Source: Candidatus Dormiibacterota bacterium (lineage in GTDB: Bacteria > Chloroflexota > Dormibacteria > Aeolococcales > Aeolococcaceae). Taken from it: a stretch of 64,000 nt of DNA. The stretch covers positions 124,578 through 188,577 of the forward strand of contig CAWKKS010000002.1 of the NCBI GenBank assembly GCA_963850385.1. The letters run 5' to 3'. The notes under the pieces were generated by a model that was not told the origin of the DNA, searched no databases, and saw nothing but the letters and a program-made list of their open reading frames with translations. This document shows, one piece after another, positions 1 through 9,598 of the stretch. The translations under genes and the position numbers were made by a program. Numbering within the stretch: the stretch's first letter is position 1; each line of letters begins with the position of its first letter.

Positions 1-960
1 CTGGCAGCCCTGGTGGGCGGCGCGGTCATCACGGCACGTGCGCTGCTTCCGGCGACATGGCCGCGCCTGCAACTCGGCGTCTTCGTGGCTCTGACGTTCC
101 CGCCGGCGACCTACAACCTCTGGCACGGCCAGGTCAACACCGTCATCTTCCTGCTGCTGGCGCTGGCCCTGGCCGACTACCTCTCGGGGCATCGGACCAG
201 GTGTGGGGTCATCCTCGGCCTGGCCGCGGGTATCAAGATCGCCCCCGTGGTCCTGCTCGTGGTGCTGGTGCGTCGCCGGTGGTGGCGCGGTGCGCTGGCG
301 GGGCTCGCGACCACGGCCGCAACCGTCGCCGTCGGTATCGGCGTCCTCGGCTGGCCGGTGACGCGTCAGTACCTGAGCTCGGTGCTGCCCGTGCTCAACC
401 GTGACAACGGGTGGATCTACAACCAGACCTGGAATGGGGTGGTCAACAGGCTCGCCGGGCACTCCGTGGTGACAGTCCAGTCGCCGTCCCCCTGGCTGCA
501 CGGGCTGGCCACCGCCCTCTCGCTGGTGACGGTGGCGGCCCTGCTGGTTGCCGTGCGCGGCGGACAGCGGAGCCGTGCCGAGCGCGGCGCCGAGTTCGCC
601 TGCGGCGTGACCGTGATGCTGCTGGTGGGTAGCATCGCCTGGTACCCGGTCTACGTCCACCTGCTCATCGCCATCGCCGCCGCAGCTGCCTTGGCGCACG
701 AGCGGGGACACGGCGGGCGGGCACTTCTGGGCTGGAGCGTCGGCGCGCTCGTCGGCGTCGGCATCATCGGGGGCGCCGCCATCGCGGCCATCGGGGCAGC
801 GGGCATCCACGGCGTGCCGAGCGGACCGGCGTGGTGGCTGTTCCTCCAGGCGTGTTCGCTGCCCGCGGTGCTGGGGATCTGCCTCCTCGTGGCACTGACC
901 CGCACCCTGCAGGCAGGCACGACGCCGCCCGGACTCAGAGGCGCTGCGCTCGCGCGGTGA
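1..960 (+). CDS. GT87/DUF2029 family membrane glycosyltransferase (alpha-1,2-mannosyltransferase-like), 5' end outside the window
   Basis: Frame open from base 1; GQVN..FLL, AAGIKIAP and NQTWNG motifs; many hydrophobic helices. Confidence 0.8.
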   Translation: MAALVGGAVITARALLPATWPRLQLGVFVALTFPPATYNLWHGQVNTVIFLLLALALADYLSGHRTRCGVILGLAAGIKIAPVVLLVVLVRRRWWRGALAGLATTAATVAVGIGVLGWPVTRQYLSSVLPVLNRDNGWIYNQTWNGVVNRLAGHSVVTVQSPSPWLHGLATALSLVTVAALLVAVRGGQRSRAERGAEFACGVTVMLLVGSIAWYPVYVHLLIAIAAAAALAHERGHGGRALLGWSVGALVGVGIIGGAAIAAIGAAGIHGVPSGPAWWLFLQACSLPAVLGICLLVALTRTLQAGTTPPGLRGAALAR

Positions 961-1408
961 GACGTTCGGCGTCACGCCGCGCGTCGCGTTCCGCGATCGC
1001 CTGGCGCTTGTCCCAGAGCTTCTTGCCGCGCGCCAGCCCGAACTCGAGCTTGATGCGGTTGCCCTTGAGGTAGATGCGCAGAGGGATCAGCGTCAGGCCC
1101 TGCTGGGCCACCTTGGCGCCGAGGTACTCGATCTCGCGCCGGTGCAACAACAGGCGGCGGCGGCGCTGCGGCTCGTGGTTGCGCCGGTTGCCCTGGGCGT
1201 ACTCGGCGATGTTGACGCCGAGGAGCCACGCCTCCCCGTTCTCGATGCGGACGTACCCCTCGCGCAGCTGCGTCCGCCCATCACGCAGCGCCTTGACCTC
1301 GGTGCCGGTGAGCTCGATGCCGGCCTCGAAGGTCTCGAGGATGCTGTACTCATGCGTCGCCTGGCGGTTGCGCGCCAGCGCGGCGGGCGCGCTTGCCGAT
1401 CGGCTCAT
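935..1408 (-). CDS. smpB: SsrA-binding protein SmpB
   Basis: NRQATHEY..ETFEAGIELTGTEVKALR, GLARGKKLWDKR; ATG overlaps the fmt stop (ATGA). Confidence 0.97.
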   Translation of the reverse strand: MSRSASAPAALARNRQATHEYSILETFEAGIELTGTEVKALRDGRTQLREGYVRIENGEAWLLGVNIAEYAQGNRRNHEPQRRRRLLLHRREIEYLGAKVAQQGLTLIPLRIYLKGNRIKLEFGLARGKKLWDKRQAIAERDARRDAERLTARAQRL

Positions 1409-2325
1409 GGCGCACTGCCGAGTCGCCGGCCACGCAGGTAGGCGGCGGCGCTCATCGGCCGCCCGCCCGCCGGCTGTACGGTGGCGAGGCTGTAGACCCC
1501 GGCGGCGGTGGCCACCTCCGCCACCTCGCCGTGGACGCCCAGCACGGTCCCGGCCGCTGCGTCGAGGGCCACGGCGTCGGATGGGCCGCCCGCAACGATG
1601 CGCACCATCGACCCGGCGAGCGGCGCGGTAACGCCTGGCCACGGCTGCAGGGCGCGCACGCGGCGGTCGACCTCGACCGCGCTGAGCGTGCTCCAGTCGA
1701 CCAGGCCGTCGTCGCGGCCCAGCCGGGGTGCGTAGGTCGCCGCGCCGTCATCCTGGGCGGTGGCCGTCGCGGTTCCCAGCTCCACGCTGCGGACAACCGC
1801 AATCAACAGCCCGGCACCGAGCGTGGCCAACCGCTCGGTGAGAGCGGGCGCGGTGTCGGCGGCGCCGATCTCCGTCGCCTCGCGGGCGTAGACAGGCCCG
1901 GTGTCGAGGCCGGGATCCATGCGCATGATCGACACCCCGGTGTGCGTGTCGCCGGCGAGGATGGCCGCGGCCACCGGCGCCGCGCCGCGCCAGCGCGGCA
2001 GCAGCGACCCGTGGACATTGATGCCGCCGTGCGGTGGCCCGTCGAGGAGCGCGGCCGGGATGATCTGGCCATAAGCGGCCACAACCAAGGCGTCAGGAGC
2101 CATCGCGAGGATCTCGGCGACGCTGCCGGGCGCACGCACCCGGTCGGGACGAAGGACCGGGATGCCCAGCTCGGTGGCGGCGTCGGCAACGGGGCGCGGC
2201 GCCGGGCGACCGCGCGAGCCTGGACGGTCGGGCTGGGTCACCACCGCCGCGACCTCGTGCTGGCCGGCCAGCGCGCGCAACGACGGCAGCGCGAAGGGGG
2301 CGGTCCCGCAGAAGACGATGCGCAT
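1405..2325 (-). CDS. fmt: Methionyl-tRNA formyltransferase
   Basis: MRIVFCGTAPFA, VVTQPDRP, AAYGQI, INVHGSLLPRWRGAAP. Confidence 0.96.
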   Translation of the reverse strand: MRIVFCGTAPFALPSLRALAGQHEVAAVVTQPDRPGSRGRPAPRPVADAATELGIPVLRPDRVRAPGSVAEILAMAPDALVVAAYGQIIPAALLDGPPHGGINVHGSLLPRWRGAAPVAAAILAGDTHTGVSIMRMDPGLDTGPVYAREATEIGAADTAPALTERLATLGAGLLIAVVRSVELGTATATAQDDGAATYAPRLGRDDGLVDWSTLSAVEVDRRVRALQPWPGVTAPLAGSMVRIVAGGPSDAVALDAAAGTVLGVHGEVAEVATAAGVYSLATVQPAGGRPMSAAAYLRGRRLGSAP

Positions 2326-2357
2326 CAGTGGGTGCTGCCGGGGAGCGCGGGTCGACG

Positions 2358-2867
2358 TCAGCCGACGAGCTCGCCCTCGAGCACCTCGGCGTCCTCGACC
2401 GAGTCCCACCTGCGCAGGGTGCCCTCGATCACCTTGGTGGTGAAGAGGATGCCGTCGAGGTGGTCGACCTCGTGCTGGATGGCGCGCGCCAGCAGCCCGT
2501 CGCCCTTGACGCGGATCTCCTTGCCGTGACGGTTGAGGCCCCGGGCGACGACGCGCTGGCAGCGAGTGACGTCGCCGATCAGGCCCGGCACTGAGAGACA
2601 TCCCTCGACGCCGGTCTGCTCGCCCTCACAACGCACCATCTCGGGGTTGGCCAGCTGGTACAGCTGGTTGTCGACCTTGAGCACGATGACCCGCAGCGGG
2701 ATGCCGACCTGCGGAGCGGCGAGCCCGGCGCCGTGCGCCTCGATCATGGTCTCGACCATGTCGTCCATGAGCTTGCGGATGGTGTCGTCGACGCGCGGCA
2801 CACGCTTGGCCCGGGAGACGAGGATCGGGTCCTCGTCAGCGGCCAGGACGATGGGAAGAACGGCCAC
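2358..2867 (-). CDS. def: Peptide deformylase
   Basis: GAGLAAPQVG, EGCLSVPG, QHEVDHLDG; GAGGTG Shine-Dalgarno (SD) upstream of GTG. Confidence 0.97.
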   Translation of the reverse strand: MAVLPIVLAADEDPILVSRAKRVPRVDDTIRKLMDDMVETMIEAHGAGLAAPQVGIPLRVIVLKVDNQLYQLANPEMVRCEGEQTGVEGCLSVPGLIGDVTRCQRVVARGLNRHGKEIRVKGDGLLARAIQHEVDHLDGILFTTKVIEGTLRRWDSVEDAEVLEGELVG

Positions 2868-2875
2868 GAATCACC

Positions 2876-4931
2876 TCACGGTCCGGGGTCGACATCGATG
2901 CTCCAACCGCGACCGCGCGGCAGGTGCGGGAATGCCCTCTCGATCAGCTCGCCTCGGATCGTGACCTGCCAGCGGTACTCGCCGCGCAGGCGGTGGAGGA
3001 AGGCGGGAGTCGGCCCGAGGACGTCAAGGCCGGACCCGGCGCCGAGTTTACCAGACACCTCCGTGAACATCCGGCGCGCCTCGAGCTCGGCACGGGCATC
3101 CTCGCGGTGGCTGGTCGTGCACACCACCATCCGGGCGTAGGGCGGGAAGCGCAGGGCTCGGCGCACCCGGATCTCCTCGCGAGCGAAGGAGAGGTAGTCG
3201 TGCGTCACCGCGTGGCGCACCGCGTAGTGATCGGGGCTGTAGGTCTGCAGGATCACCCGCGCCGGCTCGTCGCCGCGACCGGCGCGCCCGGCCACCTGGG
3301 TGAGCAGCGAGAACGTCGAACTCGCCGCTGCGATAGTCGGGGAAATGCAGTGACACGTCGGCGTTGACGATGCCGACCAGCCGGACGTTGCCCAGGTCCC
3401 ACCCCTTGGCCACCATCTGGGTGCCGATCAGACAGTCGGCGCGGTGGTTGGCGAAGTCGTCGTAGATGGTGAAGTACGCGTCGCGGCTGCTGGTGGTGTC
3501 GCGGTCCATGCGCAGCAGGCGCAGCGCGGGGAAACGCTCGTGCACCTCGACCTCGAGCCGTTCGGTGCCCATGCCCAGACCGCGGATGGAGGGTGATCCA
3601 CAGGCAGGGCAGATGTCTGGAAGGCTGCGCGACGCGCCGCAGTAGTGGCAGTCGCAACGCCGGCGCGAGGCGTGGTAGACCAGCGAGACACTGCAGCTGT
3701 CGCACGACAGCGCCTCGCCACAGTTGCGACACACCACCACCGTGGCCGTGCCGCGGCGGTTGAGGAACAGGATCGACTGTCCACCGTCCTCGTGGCAGTC
3801 GCGCAGCGCGCGATCGAGCTCGAGCGAGAGGGGGCTGCGGTTGCCGGCACGGAGCTCCTCGCGGAGGTCGACGACCTCGATCGGCGGTAACGGCCGGCCG
3901 CTGATGCGCTGATCGAGCGTGACCAGCTCGAAGCCGCCGGTGTGGGCCGCGTAGAAGGTCTCGACCCGGGGCGTGGCGCTGCCCAGCACCACGGGCACGC
4001 GCTCGAGCCGTCCCCTCTCCAGCGCGACGTCGACGGCGTGGTACCGGGGGATGCGGTCCTGCTTGTAGGCGCCGGCATCCTCCTCGTCGACGACGATGAT
4101 CCCCAGGCGTGGCAGCGGCGCGAAGACGGCGCTGCGTGAGCCCACCACGACGTCGAGCTCACCGTCGCGCAGGCGCCGCCACTCGCGCGCCCGCTCGGCC
4201 TCGGTGAGGGCGGAGTGGAGCACCGCGACGCGGCCCGGGAAGCGGGCCGCGAACCGCCTGATGGTCTGGGGGGTGAGCGCGATCTCGGGCACCATGACGA
4301 TCGCCTGACGGCCGGCGGCCAATGTCGCCGCGATCGCGACCAGGTAGACCTCGGTCTTGCCCGCGCCGGTGACACCGTGCAGGAGCACGCGCCGGTGGCT
4401 GCCCGACGCCACCGCCTCGAGCAGCGGGGCGGCCGCGGCGCGCTGAGCGTGCGTCAGGGGTGGCGGCGTCTCGGGGACGGCCCCGTCGCGGGAGCGGGTC
4501 GCATCGACCGCGGCCGAGGTGGTGCGCGGTCCCCGCTTGCGGCCACCGGGGCGCGCCGACCGCACCCCCTTGGGAAGCATCGCGCGGATGACCTCACCAA
4601 GCGGCGCACAGTAGCGCTCCGCGATCCAGCGGGCGAGCTGCAGGGTCGTGGCGCTGAGGATGGGCGGCTCTTCGAGGACCGCGGAGAGCGACCGCGCCTC
4701 GCCGCCCGCGTATGCCTGCTCCGACCCCAGCACGTAGCCGACCACCTCGCGCGCCCCGAAGGGCACAAGGACGCGCGCCCCCGGCACCGCGCGCCCCACC
4801 AGGTCCACCGGCACCGCGTACGTGTACGTGTCCCGGGGCAGGATGGCGCCGGTGTCGGGAGTCACCGCGACATGCGCAGCGGGATCCGTCGCCGCAGACG
4901 TCTCGGGTGCCTCGATGCTCTGCGCCGTCAC
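2876..4931 (-). CDS. priA: Primosomal protein N' (PriA), interrupted by a +1 frameshift at about 3317-3320
   Basis: GVTGAGKTEVY, LGSATP, four CxxC motifs, GTQMVAKGWD; C-terminal LLTQVAGRAGR lies in the next frame; removing 1 nt gives 684 aa. Confidence 0.93.
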
Positions 4932-5626
4932 CGCCGGAGTCTCGCAGCCGGGCGAGCGCGCCGGTCCAGCCGCGCCTCGACGACGTCCAGCAGGGCTCGC
5001 GCGACGACGGGCTTGGGGCTGGCGGCGACCCGGGTCACCAGCCCCTCCGCGTCATACACGGCGACCTCGTTGTCGTCGCTCCCCATGCCGATCCCGGGTT
5101 TCGACACGTCGTTGAGCACCACCAGGTCGAGGCGCTTGCCGCGAAGCTTGGCCAGCGCGTTGCGCTCGGCGTCGTCGGTCTCGGCGGCGAAACCGACCAC
5201 CAACACGCCCTCGCGCAGCGGGTCATCCACCAGCGACCGCAGGATGTCGATGGTGGGGACCAGCTGGAGGGAGAGGGCGTCGCGCTTCTTGAGCTTTCGT
5301 TGGGAGACCTCGGCCACCCGGTAGTCGGCCACCGCGGCCGCCATCACCAGCACCGCTGCCGCGGAGAGCACGGCCCGCACGGCGGCGTTCATCTCCTCCG
5401 CGGTGTCCACCTCAACGACGGTGATCCCGGGGTGCTGCGGAGGCGGCGCCACGGTGGTGACGAGGGTGACCGTCGCTCCACGTTGGGCCGCGGCCAGGGC
5501 CAGCGCGTTGCCCATCTTGCCGCTGCTGCGGTTGCCGAGGTAGCGCACCGGGTCGATGGGTTCGCGCGTCCCGCCCGCGGTCACCACCACGGTGCGACCG
5601 GCGAGCGGTGAACCGGTTGCGGTCAC
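4928..5626 (-). CDS. coaB: Phosphopantothenate-cysteine ligase (CoaB), encoded separately from CoaC; start uncertain
   Basis: VVVTAGGTREPIDPVRYLGNRSSGKMG, AAAVADYR, GFAAET. Confidence 0.9.
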   Translation of the reverse strand: MTATGSPLAGRTVVVTAGGTREPIDPVRYLGNRSSGKMGNALALAAAQRGATVTLVTTVAPPPQHPGITVVEVDTAEEMNAAVRAVLSAAAVLVMAAAVADYRVAEVSQRKLKKRDALSLQLVPTIDILRSLVDDPLREGVLVVGFAAETDDAERNALAKLRGKRLDLVVLNDVSKPGIGMGSDDNEVAVYDAEGLVTRVAASPKPVVARALLDVVEARLDRRARPAARLRR

Positions 5627-5648
5627 CAGCGCGGCGCTCGGCGGCGTC

Positions 5649-6209
5649 TCACCCGGTCGTGTCGCGATGGGGGTCGAGGATGGCGGCGACGATCTGCTCG
5701 ACATCGGCCATCCGCCCCTCCCCCTCCGCGCCGCTGGCGAGCCGCCCGCGAACCGGACCAACCATCGTTGCCCCGCGGCTGCGCAGCGTGTCCACGTTGG
5801 CGCGGGTCGCGGGGTGCTCCCACATCGCCAACTCCATCGCGGGCGCGATGATCAGCGGGGCGCGGCTGGCCAGCAGCGCGGTGGTCACGGCGTCGTCGGC
5901 GAAGCCGTGGGCGAGGCGGGCGATCAGGTTCGCGGACGCCGCCACGACCGCGTGCACGTGCGCCCACGACGCCAGGTCGATGTGCCCCATGCCGTGACCG
6001 TCGCCGGCCGGCTGCCAGACCCGGCGCACCACGGGGTGACCGCTGAGGCTCTGCAGGGTGGTCGCGGTGACGAAGTGCCGCGCGCTCCGGGTCATCGCGA
6101 CGCGCACCTCGCAGTCCCGCTTGCGCAGCGCGGTGATCACGTCAAGGGCGCGGTAGGCGGCCACGCTGCCGCAGACATGGATGGCGACGTGCCGAGGCGG
6201 CTCGCTCAC
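5649..6209 (-). CDS. coaC: Phosphopantothenoylcysteine decarboxylase (CoaC flavoprotein)
   Basis: GSVAAYRA, HIDLASWA, APAMELAMWEHPATRANV, LASGAEGEGRM. Confidence 0.9.
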   Translation of the reverse strand: MSEPPRHVAIHVCGSVAAYRALDVITALRKRDCEVRVAMTRSARHFVTATTLQSLSGHPVVRRVWQPAGDGHGMGHIDLASWAHVHAVVAASANLIARLAHGFADDAVTTALLASRAPLIIAPAMELAMWEHPATRANVDTLRSRGATMVGPVRGRLASGAEGEGRMADVEQIVAAILDPHRDTTG

Positions 6210-6802
6210 CGCAGCGATTCCGCGCGGCGGCCACGCACGATGTCGAGGATCTCGGCGGCCGCACGGCCGACGTCGTCGTTGACCACACGGTGATCGTACG
6301 CTGCGCCATCGGCCAGCTCGGCGACCGCGTTGCTGACACGCAGCTCGACAGCCGCCTCATCCTCGGTGTCACGGGCCACAAGGCGGCGACGCAGCTCCTC
6401 CTCGGAGGGAGGCAGCAGGAAGATGAAGATCGCGCCGGCGACGCGGGGCCGGATCCAGGCGGCGCCCTGGACGTCGATCTTCAGGACGATGTCTTCACCG
6501 CGTCCCAGCGACTCGCGCACGCGCGCCTCCGCCGTGCCGTACAGGTGCCCGTGCACCTCCGCCCACTCCAGGAACTCGCCGTTCTCAGCCATGCGCCGGA
6601 ACGTCTGCTCGTCGACGAAGGAATAGGCGACACCGTCCTCCTCCCCCGGCCGGGGCGCGCGCGTGGTGTACGAGACGCTGTAGCGCAACGAGGGATCGAG
6701 ACGGCGCAGCTCGTGCAGGACGGTGTCCTTGCCGACCCCACTCGGGCCCGAGAGGACGATGAGACGGCCGGGTTGGGTGCTGACGCGCGGGCTGCCGGCC
6801 AT
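6206..6802 (-). CDS. gmk: Guanylate kinase
   Basis: LSGPSGVGK, SYTTRAPRPGE, EFLEWAEVHGHLYGT. Confidence 0.97.
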   Translation of the reverse strand: MAGSPRVSTQPGRLIVLSGPSGVGKDTVLHELRRLDPSLRYSVSYTTRAPRPGEEDGVAYSFVDEQTFRRMAENGEFLEWAEVHGHLYGTAEARVRESLGRGEDIVLKIDVQGAAWIRPRVAGAIFIFLLPPSEEELRRRLVARDTEDEAAVELRVSNAVAELADGAAYDHRVVNDDVGRAAAEILDIVRGRRAESLR

Positions 6803-7704
6803 CAGTCGGCCCGGGCGACCGAGAGCGCGGTGACGAGGTCCTCGGGCAGCGGCGCCGAGAACTCGCAGCGCTCGCCCGTGCCCGGGTGAAGGAAGCCGAG
6901 CCGCTGGGCATGGAGCGCCGGGCGCTGCAGAAGGGTGTCACCACGCCTGCCGTACACCGGGTCACCGGCGATCGGATGGCTGATGGAGGCGAGGTGGACA
7001 CGGATCTGGTGGGTTCGTCCGGTGTGCAGGCGCACCTCGAGGTGCGTGAAGCGGCGCAGGCGCTCGACGACGGTGAAATCGGTGACGGCCGGGCGCCCGC
7101 TGTCGACGACGGCCATGCGCTGACGGTGACCCGGGTCGCGCCCGATCGGCGCCTCGATGCGCCCGGTCGCCTCGCGGAAGGTCCCGTGCACGAGGGTCCA
7201 GTAGACACGGCTGAGCGTCCTGCGCTGCAGCTGCAGCGACAGCGAGCGATGGGCCGCCTCGGTCTTGGCCACGACGAGGAGCCCGCTGGTGTCCCGGTCG
7301 AGCCGGTGGACGATGCCCGGACGCTCGGCGCCACCCAGCTGCGACCACATGGTGCCTCGCTGCCTGAGCCCGTCGGCCAGGGTTCCCGCCCGATGCCCGG
7401 CCGCTGGATGCACCACCATGCCGGCCGGCTTGTCGATCACGGCGAGCAGGTCGTCCTCGTAGACGACCGCCAGGGTGACGAGCGGCCCATCGACCTCGGC
7501 GGACGGCACCGGTGGGGCAGGCACGACGACCTCCACGTCGTCGGTCGGGCGGACGCGCTGGCCGGACTTCGCCGGGCGGTGGTTGACGCGCACATGGCCA
7601 CCGGCGATGAGCGACTGGGCAGCACTGCGGCTGACCCTCGCCTGCTGCATGACCCGCAGGTCCAGCCGCAGGACGGTGGCGTGCGGACCAGCGGCGCCGC
7701 TCAC
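6802..7704 (-). CDS. rluD: RluA/RluD family pseudouridine synthase with N-terminal S4 domain
   Basis: DKPAGMVVHP, HRLDRDTSGLL, TGRTHQIRVH. Confidence 0.9.
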   Translation of the reverse strand: MSGAAGPHATVLRLDLRVMQQARVSRSAAQSLIAGGHVRVNHRPAKSGQRVRPTDDVEVVVPAPPVPSAEVDGPLVTLAVVYEDDLLAVIDKPAGMVVHPAAGHRAGTLADGLRQRGTMWSQLGGAERPGIVHRLDRDTSGLLVVAKTEAAHRSLSLQLQRRTLSRVYWTLVHGTFREATGRIEAPIGRDPGHRQRMAVVDSGRPAVTDFTVVERLRRFTHLEVRLHTGRTHQIRVHLASISHPIAGDPVYGRRGDTLLQRPALHAQRLGFLHPGTGERCEFSAPLPEDLVTALSVARAD

Positions 7705-8228
7705 GTGGAGGGGTCACCGCCGTGCGCGGCGGGGGCCGGCAGGGTGCGCAGGGTCAGGACACCGACAAGGATGCCGATGACGATGGCCATGTCGGCGACG
7801 TTGAAGACCGGCCAGCGCTGCAGGTCGATGAAATCGACGACATATCCCTGGACCACGCGGTCGACGGCATTGGCCAGCGCACCGCCGAGGACCATGCCGA
7901 GAAGCACCTGAGGGAAGAGGCCGGGGCCGAACCGCCGGCCGGCGATGAGGATGTAGCCCGCCACCGCCACCGCCACCGCCAGGAAGATGAACTGCAGCTG
8001 CGGGAAGGCCCCGAAGGCAGCGCCGCGGTTCTCGATGTGATGGATGGTGAGCGGTCCGCTGCTGGGCACCTGGTGACCGAGGCCGATGTTCTGGGTCACC
8101 ACCCACTTGGTCAGGTGATCGACCACGAACACCACCGCCGCGGTGCTGAGCAGCACTGCCAGCTGCTGCCTGCGCCCTGGCAACGACAGGCCGCGGTCCG
8201 CAGCCTCTGACATCGCCGGTTCGCTCAT
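7701..8228 (-). CDS. lspA: Lipoprotein signal peptidase II
   Basis: DHLTKW, NRGAAFG, GALANAVDR, VVDFID, FNVADMAI; start at 8228 or 8213. Confidence 0.93.
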   Translation of the reverse strand: MSEPAMSEAADRGLSLPGRRQQLAVLLSTAAVVFVVDHLTKWVVTQNIGLGHQVPSSGPLTIHHIENRGAAFGAFPQLQFIFLAVAVAVAGYILIAGRRFGPGLFPQVLLGMVLGGALANAVDRVVQGYVVDFIDLQRWPVFNVADMAIVIGILVGVLTLRTLPAPAAHGGDPST

Positions 8229-8256
8229 GGTGTGCTCAGGATAGCCTCGAGCCTGG

Positions 8257-8982
8257 TCATGCCCCGCCCCTCGGCCGGTCGCCGAAGAGCACGCGCCCGA
8301 GGCGAATGACGGTCGCGCCGTGAGCGATGGCAACCTCGAAGTCGTTGCTCATCCCCATGCTGAGATCGGGAAGAGAGAACCCCTGGTCGTGCTCGAGGAT
8401 CGCGCGAAGCTGGTGCAGGCGGGCGAAGCACGCGGACGCCGCCTCCGCCGACCCGGGCGGCGCGATCGTCATCAGGCCCTGCACCGCCATGGCGGGGAGG
8501 CCTCGCACGTGGGTCAGCAAAGCCGCGGCGGCCGCCGGCGTGACCCCGGACCGGCCCGCGATGCCCGTCATCTCCACCTCGACGAAGACCCGCAGCGGCG
8601 GCCCGTCCCCCGGGCGGTGCCGCGCCAGCACGCCGGCCAGCGCGGCGCTGTCGACGGAGTGCACGGTGTCGAAGAGGCGTGCCGCCGTGCCCGCCTTGTT
8701 GCGCTGGAGATGACCGACCATGTGCCAGCTCAGCGCCGCACCACGGTATGCGTCGATCTTCGCCTGCGCCTCCTGCACGCGGCTCTCGCCGACATCGCCC
8801 AGCCCAAGTCGCGCCGCCGCGGTCACCGCGTCGACGCCGTGCCCCTTGGTCACCGCCAGGAGCAGGACCGACGCCGGGTCGCGTCCGGCGGTCTCCGCTG
8901 CGCGCGCCACGCGCGCGCGCACCGCGCCCAGCCGCTCGGCGATCGCGTCGAGGGCGAGATCGGTCACCGGGTGCGGCGGCAT
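8257..8982 (-). CDS. yggS: YggS/PROSC PLP-homeostasis protein
   Basis: LLAVTK, GESRVQEA, WHMVGHLQRNK, GLMTI, LSMGMSNDFEVAI, IRLGRVLFG. Confidence 0.93.
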   Translation of the reverse strand: MPPHPVTDLALDAIAERLGAVRARVARAAETAGRDPASVLLLAVTKGHGVDAVTAAARLGLGDVGESRVQEAQAKIDAYRGAALSWHMVGHLQRNKAGTAARLFDTVHSVDSAALAGVLARHRPGDGPPLRVFVEVEMTGIAGRSGVTPAAAAALLTHVRGLPAMAVQGLMTIAPPGSAEAASACFARLHQLRAILEHDQGFSLPDLSMGMSNDFEVAIAHGATVIRLGRVLFGDRPRGGA

Positions 8983-9001
8983 GGGCGAGGCGCGCGCCGG
9001 C

Positions 9002-9541
9002 TCACTTGCCCATGTCGAGGGGTAGCTCGCGACCGTCGTCTGCTCCGCGGCGGCGGCGGCGCGGAGGCTCGGGTGGCCTGGTCCCCGGGGGGTTGGCGAG
9101 CACGTCCTCGATGGTTGCCCGCATCTGCTCGACGTCTCGGAAAGACCGGTACACCGACGCAAACCGCACGTACGCGATCTCGTCGAGGGTGCGCAGGTGC
9201 TGCATCACCATCTCGCCGACCTCACGGCTGCGCACCTCGGTGACGTTGCGCGAGCGCAGAGCGTTCTCGATGTCATCCACCAGGGCCTCGAGCTGAGCTG
9301 AGGCGATGTCGCGTTTGGTCGACGCGTTGACGAGCCCACCGAGCAGCTTGCGACGGTTGAACTCCTCGCGTCTGCCATCCTTCTTGACCACCCACAGGGG
9401 CACGGCCTCGACGCGCTCGTAGGTGGTGAAACGCTTGTGGCAGGAAAGGCATTCCCGCCGTCGGCGGATCGCCTCACCGGTCTCGGAGTCGCGTGAGTCG
9501 ACGACCTTGGACTCGGGCTGCGAGCAGTAGGGGCACTTCAT
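9002..9541 (-). CDS. nrdR: Transcriptional repressor NrdR
   Basis: MKCPYC..KVVDSR..IRRRRECLSCHKRFTTYE, ATP-cone domain, AYVRFASVYRSF. Confidence 0.98.
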   Translation of the reverse strand: MKCPYCSQPESKVVDSRDSETGEAIRRRRECLSCHKRFTTYERVEAVPLWVVKKDGRREEFNRRKLLGGLVNASTKRDIASAQLEALVDDIENALRSRNVTEVRSREVGEMVMQHLRTLDEIAYVRFASVYRSFRDVEQMRATIEDVLANPPGTRPPEPPRRRRRGADDGRELPLDMGK

Positions 9542-9552
9542 GACACGACCGG

Positions 9553-9579
9553 GCCGCCCCCCGCGTCGCGGGGGGCGGC
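9553..9579. other. Perfect 13-bp inverted repeat (hairpin) between ftsZ and nrdR
   Basis: GCCGCCCCCCGCG-T-CGCGGGGGGCGGC; no U-tract on either side. Confidence 0.75.
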
Positions 9580-9598
9580 AGCAGCTTGAAGCAGCGCT

